From the NCBI GenBank assembly GCA_051294905.1, contig CM119371.1, positions 39,434,001-39,498,000 of the forward strand: a DNA stretch of 64,000 bases. The letters run 5' to 3'. A program made the position numbers and the translations under genes. The notes under the pieces are model-generated. The model was not told where the DNA came from and made no database searches. It saw nothing but the letters and a program-made list of their open reading frames with translations. Shown in pieces: positions 24,256-37,968 of the stretch (positions within the stretch are counted from its first letter, which is position 1; every line of letters starts with the position of its first letter). This stretch comes from Botryllus schlosseri (lineage: Eukaryota).

Positions 24256-24328
24256 CTAGTACGATACGCTTCCAGTTCCCAGGACATGAAATAATCTCTG
24301 CGTATGTTAATAACCTTTCCAAATAAAC
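24256..24328 (-). pseudogene. CCNY: CCNY exon 7, copy A
   Basis: [25 protein letters not shown]; 73 nt, open. Confidence 0.92.
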
Positions 24329-25122
24329 CTGAAATCAGAAGCAACCAAGTTACTAATGGCACCAATAATCCGTTCAATGATCATTGATAGCGTACGAAGA
24401 AGCAATCAATACAATCAAGAAGTGATTTGAAGTTCAAAATATTTTTTTTAAAAATTTATCGGATTAGGATATCGACGCATGTATATTGATGTACCGGTAT
24501 ATAGTTGTTCAGCCGATGACAATATTTACCGGTTAAATGGATGTGGACTGAGGAATATATAATTACAACAATATCGAAGAAAATCATTTTAATATACTGG
24601 CGTGTCACTCATTCTTCATGAAGTAGCGGTGTGCTCATTAGGACTATTCAAAAAAAACATTTTTTAAAAATTTACGGCTTTCCTGATAAAATTGTGTGAT
24701 TGCCTGGAAAGAAAAACGCTACGAGCCAATTTTGACACAATTCCAACCAATAGAAGCATTGCTATATAAGAAAAAATACGGTATTGGATATATTTAATAA
24801 AAATCAATATAAAAATGTTGCTGTCCACCCCATGAAATTTGAAGGTTGTATGAAGAAACGATGCTCAAAAAATTTGGCCCAATTCCAAACAGTAGAAGCA
24901 AATTTATTTGAGTACAACATTTTTGGATTTGTAAAAAGTAGTATTTACAGTGGAAAACTTTTCAATTGTTTACTACGGTATGGATCTACCCCCTTGTAAA
25001 TACTATGTTTTGAAATCCAAAATTTTGACCATCAAAAACTTCGCTCCTACTGGTTGGAGTGTAGCCAAATTTGTTGTGTTTCGCTTTTTTTAGACAAACT
25101 GACAATTTTCTGACGTAGCCAG

Positions 25123-25692
25123 CAGGGTTGTAATGAATCGAGTCATGATTTTCTGATGACGAGAATTGACTCAATTCATTTACTCTAAATACGGAAATGA
25201 CTCAACTCGAGTCAATTTGTGTATTGACTCGACTTGGAATCGAGTCAATGCGCATGACTTAACCAAGTCATAAGAATCGAGACTCAGATGGCCAAGAGTG
25301 ACATTTCATTTTAATATTGAAGAATACCGTACTGCATTAAAAGTAAACACAGTATTGGGATTTCCTCTGTTGGTACTGGTGGTAGCCTTCTTGAAAATGT
25401 GACCGGAAAATGCTAAAAGTGAGGAAATTGGTATATTATAATTGCGAACCATTTGATATCACCAAACAGAGTTATAAAAAGTGGGTTTACCAAGACTTTA
25501 ACATAAAACTGAGCAGTCAACACAATGACTTGGACACGAGACAAAATACCATGACTCGGACTCGACCCTCTGCTCGCTGACTTGGACTCGAACTTGACTC
25601 GGTGGTGAATTGAAAAAGACTCAACTCGAGCCAAAACTATAAAAGTGAGATTGACTTGTGACTCGAAGCCTTGTGACTTGGTTACAACCCTG
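25123..25692. mobile_element. hAT MITE, CAGGGTTGTAA family
   Basis: Terminal inverted repeats; degenerate TSD GTAGCCAG/GTAGTCGG; shared with duplication unit B. Confidence 0.8.
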
Positions 25693-26111
25693 GTAGTCGG
25701 TAACATTTGAAAAAACTTAGGGTTGTTTTTCCACAGCTTTCTTCTTATATAGCAATGCTTTCATGGGTTGAAATAGAGCCAAAATTGGACCTAAATTTTT
25801 ATTAAGCAGCCAGTAAGATTTTAAAAAATTTGAACAGCGTTATAGCAGCATGTCTTAAAAATCAATAATATATGAAATCAAGTAAAAATGTACGGCCTTA
25901 CTCCTACTTTTACCGGAGAAACGATTTTAATCACTTTTAAGTGTTTCACGAATGCAATTTTACCGGTAATCGATGACAAAACGAATCAACTTGACAACGT
26001 GTTCTGTCATGGGGATCGGAAAGTAAGGTAGAGCAAACAAAGCAGTCTCCCAGGAATTACAACTATTAGATCTGCTATCGTATGACCATTGATCAGCGGG
26101 CTGATAGAAAT

Positions 26112-26370
26112 TTGAATACTATATTCATATTGGAATAAAGCCCAATATTTTTTTGGCTGACACTCGCCAGGGTTAATCGTTACGAACTAGTAGAGATTTC
26201 AAAAGAAGTTTGTAGTTTATATCAACAATCGTGATGTCATAGTTAGCGATACCGGTACAATCGTTGATACACAATGCTCTTTCCAATTCTCTACTAGTTG
26301 CTGACGATTACCCCTGACGATTGTCAGCCAAAAACGTCCGGGTTCGTATTAATATGAATATACTATTCAC
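26112..26370. mobile_element. palindromic MITE (..TATTCATATT..GGCTGACACTCG.CAGGG..CTAGTAGAGA family)
   Basis: Long imperfect TIRs; related copies at ~125-220, ~20790-20870, ~38270-38810 and ~42385-42535. Confidence 0.65.
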
Positions 26371-26387
26371 GAAAAGTAAATCCTTAC

Positions 26388-26507
26388 CAAAGTAATTATT
26401 GCACATTACGCAGTCAATAGCACCGCTCTAAATAACGCCCTGATGAAGCGATACATATGCCGATGCTCCGGCTCTCACTTGTCGTAATCTGACGGCACCT
26501 GATCGCG
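26388..26507 (-). pseudogene. CCNY: CCNY exon 6, copy A
   Basis: RDQVPSDYDK*EPEHRHMYRFIRALFRAVLLTA*CAIITL; 120 nt, two stops. Confidence 0.9.
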
Positions 26508-26695
26508 CTGAAATGGAGATCGGAAAAAAACACGTATTAATAGATCGAACCTTGGCTGGTTACTCGCAAACATTGTCGATCATCAAAACACAGCGCACAC
26601 TTGGGCCACAAATATTCAGATTTTGTAACTTAAATAAAATTATTCCTGTACAGTGTTTATCCAAATTAGACTCGAATTAGAATTATGACCACACA

Positions 26696-26865
26696 CAGGC
26701 GCGTATCCAGGGAGGGGTTTCGGGGGTCGTCAACACAAGGAGATTCTGTAATCGCCATTTACGCATGTACATAACCCTAATCAATTGACGCTATATTAGT
26801 AAATTTGAAACACCTCCCTTTCATTTAAAACCCATCTCCTTATTTTTAAGCTGGCTAAGCGCCTG
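26696..26865. mobile_element. small hAT MITE
   Basis: CAGGCGCGTATCCAG...CTGGCTAAGCGCCTG; degenerate TSD ACCACACA/GCGACACA; absent from duplication unit B. Confidence 0.7.
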
Positions 26866-27946
26866 GCGACACAGTTTATTGCAGATTAGATTAAAAGCGA
26901 ATTAAAATTATAGCTACAGTTCGTTCCAAATTAGCATAAAAATACAATAATAGCTACACCTACACAGGGTTTTTACCAAACTAGACTGGAATTAGAATTA
27001 CAGCTACTGTTCCAGGAAATTACACTAGAATTATAGCAAACAGATTTATTACAAATTTGACTAGATTTAGGATCATTAGTTTTTTCTTTGAATTAGGTTA
27101 GGATTAAAATTACACCTACGCTACAGTTTATTCCAAATTAGATTACAATTACAACAATAGCCACACAGTTTTTTTTTTAATTAGACTAGAATTGGGATTA
27201 TAGCAACACAGTTTTCTTCCAAATTGGATTTAAGTAGAATTATATATACTAGATATTTTCCAAATTACATTAGAGTTAAAGTTGTAGCTACGATTTACTC
27301 CAAGTTGAATTAGAATTAGATTTACGGCCAACATTTTTTTTCCGAATTGGACTAGAATTAGGATTACAACTATTTTTTTCAAATTACTTTGGAATAAATT
27401 GTGGCTAAACCTTTTTCCAAATCAGATTAAAATTAGAATATCAGCTACAGTTTTTTTTTCAAATTAGACTAGAATTAGAATTATGACAAGTTCTTTCATT
27501 GAATTAAGTTAGGCTTAAAATTTTAGCTACAGTTTTTTCCAAATTCGAATTACTGACTTTGCTAAAACTTGTAAATTGAATGGAGTTTGTTGATATCAAA
27601 TTAGAGTGCTTTCTCATAAGTACAGGAATTGAAAATGTCAGTGCACAGAAAACTTGGCTCGCTTTGCAGTGTATAGTTCTCGTGTATAGCAATTTCAGGT
27701 AATCCAGAAATTCGGCCAATATCATAATTACAATTAGATCGTAGAAACATTTTACAAATTAAACTAGAATTAGATTGATGGCATCTGGCTTTAGAATTAA
27801 CTACTTGTCCAAGTTTGCTACTAACGAACTTGATATAATGTGTAAAAATTTATATCGGGTTTGCGGATTGCATGTGCCGTACATAGCACAACAAGTCTTT
27901 AAACAATCTGCCTACTATCAACTATTAAAAATCGAAAATATCTCAC

Positions 27947-28037
27947 TGTCATAGGATGCCTTTTTTCATCAATAATTTCCATAGTCTTCTTTTCCCTGTC
28001 CCATTTTTCGAAAAGGTGATACACGGCTAACGCGACG
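27947..28037 (-). pseudogene. CCNY: CCNY exon 5, copy A
   Basis: C-VALAVYHLFEKWDREKKTMEIIDEKRHPMT|gtgaga; 91 nt, open. Confidence 0.85.
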
Positions 28038-28914
28038 CTGTATGGACAGGAAATACGGGTGGCAACATTATTGGGTAACGGAATCCGTTTCAACTTGTCC
28101 CTGATATTGCAAATTGATTATGATTGACATGAAGAATTGAGTAGTAATTGTAATTATCGAAGTCGTATAGCGAGAGATGAGATTTGAGAGAACTGAATTA
28201 TCGAGTCATAGTGTTTTGACTCGAGCGCGAATCCACCTTTTTCAACTATGACCGAGTGATATAGAATAGTTCGCACTCATAATTTCGTAATCTTCTTCAG
28301 TCCTAACAGTTTCTGGTCTTATTTTCCGAGTATCAGGACTGATAGACGAAATGGCAATCATGTAAGGTAATTCTTCGAAGTTACAATGAAATGTCTGTCT
28401 CATCTGTCCTAGTCTTGAGTCATATGACTTGGTTCGTGTCATATGGAGTAGGCATTGACTCAAGTCGAGTAATCAAAAAATCGTGATTGCCCTGATTTCT
28501 GGCAATCCAAAAGCTAGCCTATCGTTCAGAGTGCAGAATTTGTCGAGTCTTGTCTTGATCGGAAGCTACTGTCGCACTAATTCCGAAAAAATAAATCAAA
28601 ATATGGATTCCGGATTCCATCCATTCACTGATTAAATTGTCAGGTTACCCTGAAAATTGCTGCACACAAATGTTGGCTCAATTCCAACCAATAGAAGCGA
28701 GATTATTGCAGTAGAGAATTTTGAATTAATATTAATATGAAAATGTACAGTTATATTTCAAATTTTTTCTGTCTACCCTATAAACATGTTAGGCTATCAG
28801 TAGAGATGATGCAAACCAGATTTGGCTTAATTTCAACCACTAGAAGCGAAGTTATTGCTGTAGAAAAATTTGGATTTGAATAAAATAGTATTTACGGTGA
28901 CTAACTCTTTAAAT

Positions 28915-30730
28915 CAGTGATTCCCAAACGCGGCCCCCAGCTGGCCTTCTTGCGACCCCAAAAAAATATTGAGAAATCGTGTTATGACATGACAAAACAT
29001 AAAATTTATATTTATAAAACACTCTTGCTTGGCTTGGAGTCTGAAGTTTATCATTGGGATCACAGGAAAGTAATGAGTAGACTGCTATCGTTTCGTCACT
29101 GCTGTTTCGATGCAATGTGTCATAACTAGTGCAAGTTTTTGCTGCAGTTACATCCGCGGAAAGTTGCATTTAGTTATTTATTTTTGACAAAAGTTGCGAA
29201 AGTTGCACTAAAAGACCACATTTTGCTCGGTTGACTAAAAAAAGGTCAATTTACCGGCTCAGCTCCCGAAATGCCCGTACTACGGTGCTGATTTACGGTG
29301 TTTCAGTCGAATTTGGCCGTGTATTTCACCAAAACAGAAAATACTTCCATGAAAAGTCGAAAAAGTTGCAAAATGTTGCATAGAGTAGCATGAAAAAAAT
29401 GGACAAAAGTTACACTATAAGATTCCTTCAAACAGCATTCTACATATCATACGAGTATTTATGAAGCTTCCGGAATCTGTAAAAAAAGTTGCAAAAACTT
29501 GCCCTAGTCATAACTTTCCAGTTGATCGAGCAGTAGCTATAAATATAGATATAGAGAGGGCCATAACTGCGGCAGGCCAAACCCCTATGGGAGGCGGACG
29601 AGGTCAAACGGGGCTCAAAATTATTTCGTGAATTAGCATAAATTATAGAATATTTTTGGAAATTTGATGCATCTCTTTCAATTTTTGCTCTAGACGTGAT
29701 CTCATGCTGGCAAATATCTGGATTTCTGAGTACTCATCTCCAAGAAAAATGTGTAAGATTTATAGAAATGGGCTCGCGCCACGACGCACCAATACATACT
29801 CAAGTTTTAGGCCATGTAGCATGCGACTCCAAGAAGTGTGTCAGAACGATCGGCAGCGAGGAAACCTTGGCCAAACAGGACTGCTCTTATGCTGACCAAA
29901 AACTTCGTTATACATACAAAATACTCTCTTGGCTATCTGAACCACACGAGACAAATACCATCCCACAGGGAAAAATTATATTCCAGTGAAGAAATACCAA
30001 TTTGAAATCGTGAATGTCTCTTAGTTTAGAAGCCTACGTACGGGCGATTCTATAATTTTGGGATATAGCAGACAGGTCACGAAATAACATGTTACGGAAT
30101 CATACTAATGGGCCCTACAGTTTCCAAGACACCTCACTCAGCTCTACCGGTAAATCTGATTGCGTGAGCAGTGAGGACAATAAATGGATAGTAATATATA
30201 GCCTATGCAATTCCCGATCGTATTGACCGATTTTATCAAGAATTATCAAAAATTTTTACGCTTTGCGCATGCTCGCTTAACAGTACGCTGATTTCGTGGC
30301 AAAAGCGAACTAGGTGTTACCTGATACGGGTAGGTTTATCACCTATGGAAGCCCAAGACCCAAGTTTATTATTTTTGGGAGGGGCGCAGACGAAGTGCTG
30401 TTTCGTTCCTGCCAACGGGTATACGCACGAAGATGATTAATTATTATGGAGAGGCCCTACCTTTTCAAACACACCTCCCTCGCCTCTAACTGATTACGTG
30501 AGCAGAGAGAGGATAAAAATTGATGGCAATATATATGCAATAAATGCCTGAAATGCAGAAAATTTTCACGCTTCGCGCGTCCACGCGATTGATTGCCATT
30601 GACGTCATAAGCGATTGATCGGAACGATGCCAATTTCCATATTTTGATGACTATTTTGGGTCCGTTTCATTGTCATGGACTCTGAAATTCTAAATTTGGC
30701 CCTGATACCGAAAAAGTTTGGGAATGATGG
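28915..30730. mobile_element. degenerate non-autonomous hAT element
   Basis: CAGTGATTCCCAAAC...GTTTGGGAATGATGG termini; TSD not preserved; present only in duplication unit A. Confidence 0.5.
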
Positions 30731-30845
30731 AATTGATAAATTTTCCTACTGCAATAACATCGCTTCTACTGGTTATAATGGAACCAAATTTGATTTGCAG
30801 CGTTGTTTTAGCCAACATCAACATTTTATCACATAGCCTGTGCAA

Positions 30846-31430
30846 TAGGGCTGTTCAAAAATACGGTAGCTTTTTTTCCTGAATCTTGATGGTTACGTGA
30901 TTAAATCGTTAGGTTGCCTTAAAATACGACACACACCAAATTTTAATTCATTCCAACCAATAATCGCTGATTTCGTACAGTTGCAGAGATGCAAAAAAAA
31001 TTTTTGTCAGATTTTTCTGTCAACCCCATGAAATTGTTGTGCTGTCTTCAAAGACGATGCATAACAAATTTGACTCAATTCCAACCCGTAGAAGCGGAGT
31101 TATTTCAGTTTTTCTTTGCTAATTCTTAGATTATCCACTGATCTAAGATAATCCCAGAATTATCGAAGAAAAACTCCAATAGCTCCGCTTCTATGGGTTG
31201 GAATTGAGTCAAATTTGTTTTCCATCGTCTTTGAAGACAGCGCAACAATTTCATGGGGTTGACAAAAAAATCTGACAAAATTTTTTTTTGCATCTTTGGG
31301 TAAATTCAAAATCAGCGATTATTGGTTGGAATGAATTAAAATTTGGTGTGCGTTGTTTTTTAAGGCAACCTAACGATTTAATCACGTAACCAGCAAGATT
31401 CAGGAAAAAAAGTTTTTTTGAACAGCCCTA
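30846..31430. mobile_element. foldback MITE with ~260-bp TIRs (TAGGGCTGTTCAAAAA family)
   Basis: TAGGGCTG...CAGCCCTA; perfect 8-bp TSD CTGTGCAA (30838-30845, 31431-31438); inserted in an older copy of the same family. Confidence 0.9.
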
Positions 31431-31636
31431 CTGTGCAATTTGAAAGAAAAAATTGTTTTTGAACACCTCTACTGTGTGTACACGTCGCTGTGCAGTTCCA
31501 CAGACATAGAATCGGTACAAGCAGGCAAAAGCTGTTCGAGGACTCACAAAGAATTCTGCGTTACTCCACCACCTACGTGATTTCTCACTTTCACTGGGTG
31601 AGGGCCAAATATCAAGATCTATACCCAGTTACCCAC

Positions 31637-31734
31637 CACTTGATTGTTGCATTCATGTTCGGTTGGCTCACCGTGCTATCATCGATATATATGGTCAAGC
31701 ATCAACTATATCTTTTGTGTACTTTGTTTGATAA
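31637..31734 (-). pseudogene. CCNY: CCNY exon 4
   Basis: LSNKVHKRYS*CLTIYIDDSTVSQPNMNATIK-TG|gtgggt. Confidence 0.9.
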
Positions 31735-33412
31735 CTGAAAAATAGGTATGATATTATAAATAGGCTACCTTTATTCGAGAGTGTTAACCCCAGTTGCAAA
31801 GGCGCCACAGGGTATGGCGGCAGACTTGTACAAACTAGACTACTGAATTTTCAAAGTTAGCAACTAGAACTAGAACTACTCACTTTTCATAGTCCGCAAC
31901 TAGAACTACAACTAGATTTACTAAAAAAACCATTAGTTAGTTGACCGTCAACTAGCTAGACATATGGGTTGTAAAATTCTGTACGAGGCCATAATCTGAG
32001 TTTTCGATACATCATGGGAATCTCAATTGGTCGCATCGCAGAATCCAAATATGAAGCACTACATTAGGAATATCCACAGAAACGACATTTCTGCTATCAA
32101 CAGCCCAGTATGGTAACAAAAAACATAATGATATGAGCAAAATTTATTATTGGCGATATCTAACTAGCACTAAAATGCACGTGTGAAAAATGTGCATTAG
32201 GCCTATTGAATTTGTTGAGCTGTTCTTACTGTTATCAAGTCATAATGAGTGTTATGCTTCAGCAGTGATTCCCAAACTTTTCCAACTTGTGGCACACTGG
32301 GAAAGTTGTAAAACTCTCGCGGCACACTTTAGGCGAGAAAAGATGTTCTATTTTGCACGAGCAGAACACATAAAATAGAAAGGAGGTCGAATTGTTCACA
32401 AACTTACCCGCATTTTGTAACGCAAAAGGCTAGATACGAAAAGGATTTTTGGATGCGGCTAACAAAACCGCTTGCGTCGAAATCGCCACACAAACTCAGT
32501 CATTAATTGCAAGCGGTGTCTCTCGTTTACAGCTTTACAGCTTTGAATTTCCTCAAAAAAGAAAAGGCATGTCCTCCTTGCCATGAAGACTCGAATTTTA
32601 ACAGGATATTGAAATTTTTGCATCGATTGTGGAATAGGATTTGCTAGTGGACAGCTAAAAATCACACAACTTCATTTGAAGAAATCGCTTTTCATTTTCG
32701 TAAATCAATCAGCTGCTCTTTCTGCGGGAATATTGCTTGATTTATTAGGATACCATGTCTGATTTTCATTGTCACTCGTGCATATTGATCAGCTGTTAAA
32801 GAAGTTAAACCGTCTGTAAGTCGCGTATATTAGTCTTCAGGCCTTTTTCAAAATATTTATAAAGTTCTTCTTTTGCAACACCTTTAAAATTGTTGGTGTC
32901 ATACCTTAGATTCTGTGGTGGCACACAGGAATTACTGAGCAACAGACTCAATACAAACTACTGTATTTTCAAAATCCGCAACTAGGACTAGACTACTCGC
33001 TTTACAAAACTCACAAACATAGAACACAAACTAGAACCCACAACCTTTGAAAATCCACAACTAAACAAGTAAGTAGACTCAAGTCTAAAGCAACTCCTTA
33101 ATTTCCATAATAGCCTAACGGTTTTGCACGCGAGTACAAGTTTAAAATGAGAGTTTCGACCCCCGAAAGCTATACCCAGTTATGCCACTGTTAATAGTGA
33201 TGACTCTGAGCTAGAAATGGCTGCAAGAACATCACGCAACAGAACAATGGTTGAGCATAATAACAGCAGCTAGTTCACCGTCAAAGAACTAGATTGATAG
33301 TTTGTACAAGTCTGGTCGTGTCCAAGTCTACATGGATTGAATGTATGTTTGGCATCGGACAGAGTTTTATCGAGATGGCATTGATACATAAACAAGGAAT
33401 CTGACGACCCAC

Positions 33413-33444
33413 GACTGTGTTTGCGGCTTTCTTCTTTTCAAAAT
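33413..33444 (-). pseudogene. CCNY: CCNY exon 3 (32-nt microexon)
   Basis: tttttccag|ATTTTGAAAAGAAGAAAGCCGCAAACACAGTC|gtgggt; phase fits the neighbouring exons. Confidence 0.55.
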
Positions 33445-33501
33445 CTGGAAAAAGAAATCATTCCCGCACGCCGATAACTAAAAAATATCGTTCTGCACTT
33501 C

Positions 33502-33570
33502 CCTTTCACTCTGAACACGTGCAAAAAATGGTTTCTGTTTGCGGGTGGTCGGAAGGGGGATGGTCAAAAT
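33502..33570 (-). pseudogene. CCNY: CCNY exon 2 (donor degenerate, 3' boundary approximate)
   Basis: ttgcaag|AT TTT GAC CAT CCC CCT TCC GAC CAC CCG = DFDHPPSDHPQTETIF. Confidence 0.75.
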
Positions 33571-33813
33571 CTTGCAAAAATATAAAGATAAATTCAATAA
33601 CAATATAAACAACAGCGAACGTACCACTTTACTATGTCGCTACCTTCGAGTCAAAAGTCATTGCACATTTTGAATCGAGTCAAGTCACTAGTTTTTTGGA
33701 GTTGACTCAAGTCAAGTCAAGTCAAGTCACCAGTCAAGTCAAGATTCAAGTTAAGTTGAATTTTAGAAGTATGAGTGATGATGCTAAGTGATTACATTTT
33801 GTTAACTGGTTGA

Positions 33814-34662
33814 CAGTATTGGGATGACTCGAGTCATGACTTGACTCGAGTCAGACTCTAGTCACCTTTTTCGTATGACTTGACTTGACTCGAGTCACTT
33901 TGCTAAAATGACTCGACTTGACTTGACTCGGCGTCTCATAAATGTGGATTGACTCGTGACTTGGAGCAAAATTCACGAGTCAATTTCGAGTCATCAAGAA
34001 ATCGATATCGATAAAAATCATTGTATCTTGCTTCTTGCATATGTTCGGATTGTACGCGAAACGGTGGTGTAACCCATGAGAGCAACCAATCATTAAATGA
34101 TCGTGCGTTTTACTGAGCCTCCATTGTTCTCTCACAAATATATTGATCTCACACTAAGGTTATATAGTCAACAACCACAGGCGCAGGCCGGAATTGTATC
34201 ATATCAATTTGTAAATAGGTAATGTATTGCATCATATCAATTCGTTTCTCTATTCTCTATTTTGGCTGGTAGGCCTAACTATAATCCGAGGTCATGCAAT
34301 TACTTACGTAGTTAAGCATTTCTACGTATATGTGAGCAATAAAGCCCCTTCTTGCGTTTATATTCAACTCTATATTCGTTCATAGGGTCAGAATCAATAA
34401 CCACTCAATCTGTATCTTAGACAGTTAGCAAAATGCAATGTCGTAATCATGCCTCATACTTTGAAAAGGCAACTTGACTTGAATTGTGACTTGACTCGTG
34501 ACTTGACTTGACTTGACTCGACTTGACTCAAGTCACCTCCAAAATTCGAGTGACTTGACTTGACTCGAGTCACCTTCGAAAATCGATTGACTTGACTTGA
34601 CTCGAGTCAAAATGTGCAATGACTCGAAATGACTCGAAGGTAGTGACTTGATCCCAACACTG
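33814..34662. mobile_element. hAT MITE (CAGTGTTGGGAT family, GACTT/GACTC pentamer arrays)
   Basis: CAGTATTGGGAT...ATCCCAACACTG; perfect TSD CTGGTTGA; nested in an opposite-orientation copy of the same family (~33635-38070). Confidence 0.88.
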
Positions 34663-35244
34663 CTGGTTGAAGGGTAGATTTAATTGACCATTTATCTTGA
34701 ATCAAATAACGAATACGGTATATATAAATTTAAATAGCCTATACAAGCAAAATGACGTTGTATAGATCACGCACCCCAAGAACTGATGATAAAATACATG
34801 AATAACTGTATACCTACATGCTAGAGTCTGTTATTATCAGTCGATATATAGGACCGAATACGAAGCCACGAGAAGTTGATCAGATTAGTTTGATTAGTTT
34901 GATTAGAGTTGTTAAAGGTGAGCACTGCGCAATGTAAGCACTGAGTCGTCTAAGAAACAGAGATACGTTTTTATTAGAATAATATATTGCTACTACGACA
35001 AAGTATACTGTGATTGTTTCGTTTGTGGTCAATTTATTTGTGATGTAACAATGGATGATCAGCAAGACGTACAATCAGTGAATGACTGGTTGCTCTTACA
35101 AGTGACACCGGCATATTGCAAACAACTCGAACATACATAAGATTAAGTGATTCAATCGACACCGTTTACTTAATGACTTGAAATTGACTCGGACATCTTG
35201 CTCAAGTCACGAGTCAATCCACATGTTTGAAGCGCACGAGTCAA

Positions 35245-37968
35245 TAGTGTGGAGTGAAAAAAAAATAAATTTGAATTTCAAAAAGTGCCTCTGATATTTG
35301 GCCCCAAATCAAAAATGAATAACTTCTATCATAATTTCAGGCTCTTACACCCTCTAGTGGCCGAGCTTATTCACCAAACGAGTCGAAAATAGCTAATTTT
35401 GCCATATCCTGATAACCGTTTATGCTAGAAAGCCAGTTTTGGGTTTAAAATCTGTGGAAGCAACATGTTTCTATCCCACTTCCATAGAACTTTGTCCTGA
35501 AAATGTACAGAAAAAAAGTTACAAGCAAATTGTCGATTTTTAGACCGCCATTAAAAGTGTTGGATGTTTGTACCAAATTTGCAATGCCGATTAGCATGTT
35601 ACTGTTTGTTGCATTGCTGCTTTAACAACGAAATCTTGTTTGAAGGACTTATCAGTTGATTTTTATATCAACCAAGTATAATTTGGATAGTAGAGAGCAT
35701 GATTGAACTTTCTTCATAGTTGCAAAGGAGCTACATGACCATTGGATTTGGTGCAATGTATTTTCCATAAATGAGTTCCTATTGCGCGAAAAGTCAAACT
35801 GATGTTGAAATTTAGTCAACTAACTCGGTATCACTTACAGGAGCTGCTGCTGCAACTTGTGTATTGCAAGATGTTGGAATAATCAACTAAAAAAGTGATT
35901 CGTTTGTGGTAGATCACGGCAAATTACGAGGAGAGAGAGAAAGGTGCAGAAAAGAAATACAAAGAAGAGAAGCAGAAAACATATATCTTGTGTATGGACT
36001 CTACTTCGATGGAAGAAAAGATGACACTTTGAATATGGTTGAGGCACCCGCTGGAAAATGCTCTATGACAACAGACCTGGAGGAACATATTGTTTTAGTA
36101 GGATAACCAGGTGAGTATTAGCTCTGTCACTTGTCACCTCCCAATGGAAAAGGTCGTATTTTGGCAAGAAATATATCGGTTTATTTCCAAACCGACCTCT
36201 GCAAAATCCCAGCTGTTGTGAGATCAGACGGTACAGCTTCAATGACAGGGAGATTCAAAGGCTGCATTCGTGCAATGGAAGAAATTTTACAAAGACCACT
36301 TCAATGGGCTATCTGCTTGCTTCATGATAATGAGCTGCCATTCTACATATCCGCCTTGAAAGTTGTATTGTAATATTGTATTGCGTGTTTGAATTACGCA
36401 TTGCTGTGAAAACATATCTTAATGGCAGCTCATTAACATGAAGCAAGCAGATAGCCCATTGTAGTGGTCTTTGTAGAAGTTCATTGCACGAATGCAGCCT
36501 TTGAATCTCCCTGTCATTGAAGCTGTACTGTCTGATCCCACGACAGCTGGGTTTTTGCAGAGTTTGGTGTTGGAAATAAACTGATACATTTCTTGGCAAA
36601 ACACGACCTTTTCCATTGGGAGGTGACAAGTGACCGAGGTAATACTGACCTGGTTCTCATACTAAAACAATATGTTTCTCCAGCTCTGTTGTCATAGAGC
36701 ATTCTCCAGTTGGTGCCTCAACCATATTCAAAGTGTCATCTTTTCTTCCATCGAAGTAGAGTCCATACACAAGATTTAAGTTTTCTGCTCCTCTTCTTTG
36801 TATTTCTTTTCTGCACCTTTCTCTCTCTCCTCGTAATTTGCCGTGATCTACCACAAACGAATCACTTTTTTAGTTGATTATTTCAACATCTTGCAATACA
36901 CAAGTTGCAGCAGCAGCTCCTGTAAGGTCCAATACATTATACCGTTCACAAACTCTTGCCAAGTTGATCCCCAACACATGGTTTTGGTTTGATGGTTGAG
37001 CACCTCCCATAAAAGTTGAATCATTACCAGAAGATGTTGATTAAGATTGCATTGACTCTGAATCACTTTGAATAAAGCTGAATTGCCGAATAGAAGTGCT
37101 GGCAACTGCATTAGAATCACCGGTTGTTGGATTGAGCTTGACTGCCTTCGAAATCTTTCGTCAACTGATGAAAGAGGCACAGCGTCAACCAAACATTTTC
37201 CCTTGCGCTCTGCTTTCTGATCTTCAAATCTTTCGGTGCAATCCTTAAGCCACATTGGAGTGCAATTTTATCTCTCTGTTTGCTATCGCAGCAGAAGATG
37301 CCAAAAAGCCTATCAATATCTTGCAAGAACGTAGTTTCCATTTCTTTATAAGAATTTGATGTTCTAAATTTCTTGTGATACCGAGTTAGTTGTCTAAATT
37401 TCAACATTAGTTGATTGACTTTTCGCGCAATAGGAAACTCATTTATGGAAAATACATTGCACCAAATCCAATGGTCATGTAGCTCCTTTGCAACTATGAA
37501 GAAAGTTCAATCATGCTCTCTACTATCCAAATTATACTAGGTTGATATAAAAATCAACTGATAAGTCCTTCAAACAAGATTTCGTTGTTAAAGCAGCAAT
37601 GTAACAAACAGTAACATGCTAATCGGCATTGCAAATTTGGTACAACCATCCAACACTTTTAATGGCGGTCTAAAAATCGACAATTTGCTTGTAACTTTTT
37701 TTCTGTACATTTTCAGGACAAAGTTCTATGGAAGTGAGATAGAAACATGTTGCTTCCACAGATTTTAAACCCAAAACTGGCTTTCTAGCATAAGCGGTTA
37801 TCAGGATATGGCAAAATTAGCTATTTTCGACTCGTTTGGTGAATAAGCTCGGCCACTAGAGGGCGTAAGAACCTGAAATTATGATAGAAGTTATTCATTT
37901 TTGATTTGGGGCCAAATATCAGAGGCACTTTTTGAAATTCAAAATTTTCTTTTTTTCACTCCACCCTA
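35245..37968. mobile_element. hATm-like transposon rearranged into a palindrome of two left halves
   Basis: TAG(T/G)GTGGAGTG termini, 9-bp TSD ACGAGTCAA (35236-35244, 37969-37977). Both arms encode fragments YGLYFDGRKDDT..EEHIVLV..SDGTASMTG..RPLQWAICLLH.NELP, facing inward. Confidence 0.88.

Larger units (their letters stand above)
18340..31565. repeat. diverged tandem segmental duplication: unit B ~18340-24131, unit A ~24136-31565
   Basis: Collinear homology of exons and introns (e.g. 18340-19150 vs 24136-24980; 20900-22420 vs 26375-28200; 24055-24130 vs 31488-31565). Confidence 0.88.

Noticed and set aside
32263..32937. Charlie/Buster-like element with transposase remnant
   Set aside because: Left terminus is hAT-like but the right end is degraded and the TSDs do not match; too decayed to delimit confidently.
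13998..33190. Giant hAT (CAGTGGC..GCCACTG) capturing the CCNY/DCAF1 region
   Set aside because: Only a short terminal match, no TSD (AACGCTTA vs TTAATAGT), and CCNY exons 1-3 lie outside it.
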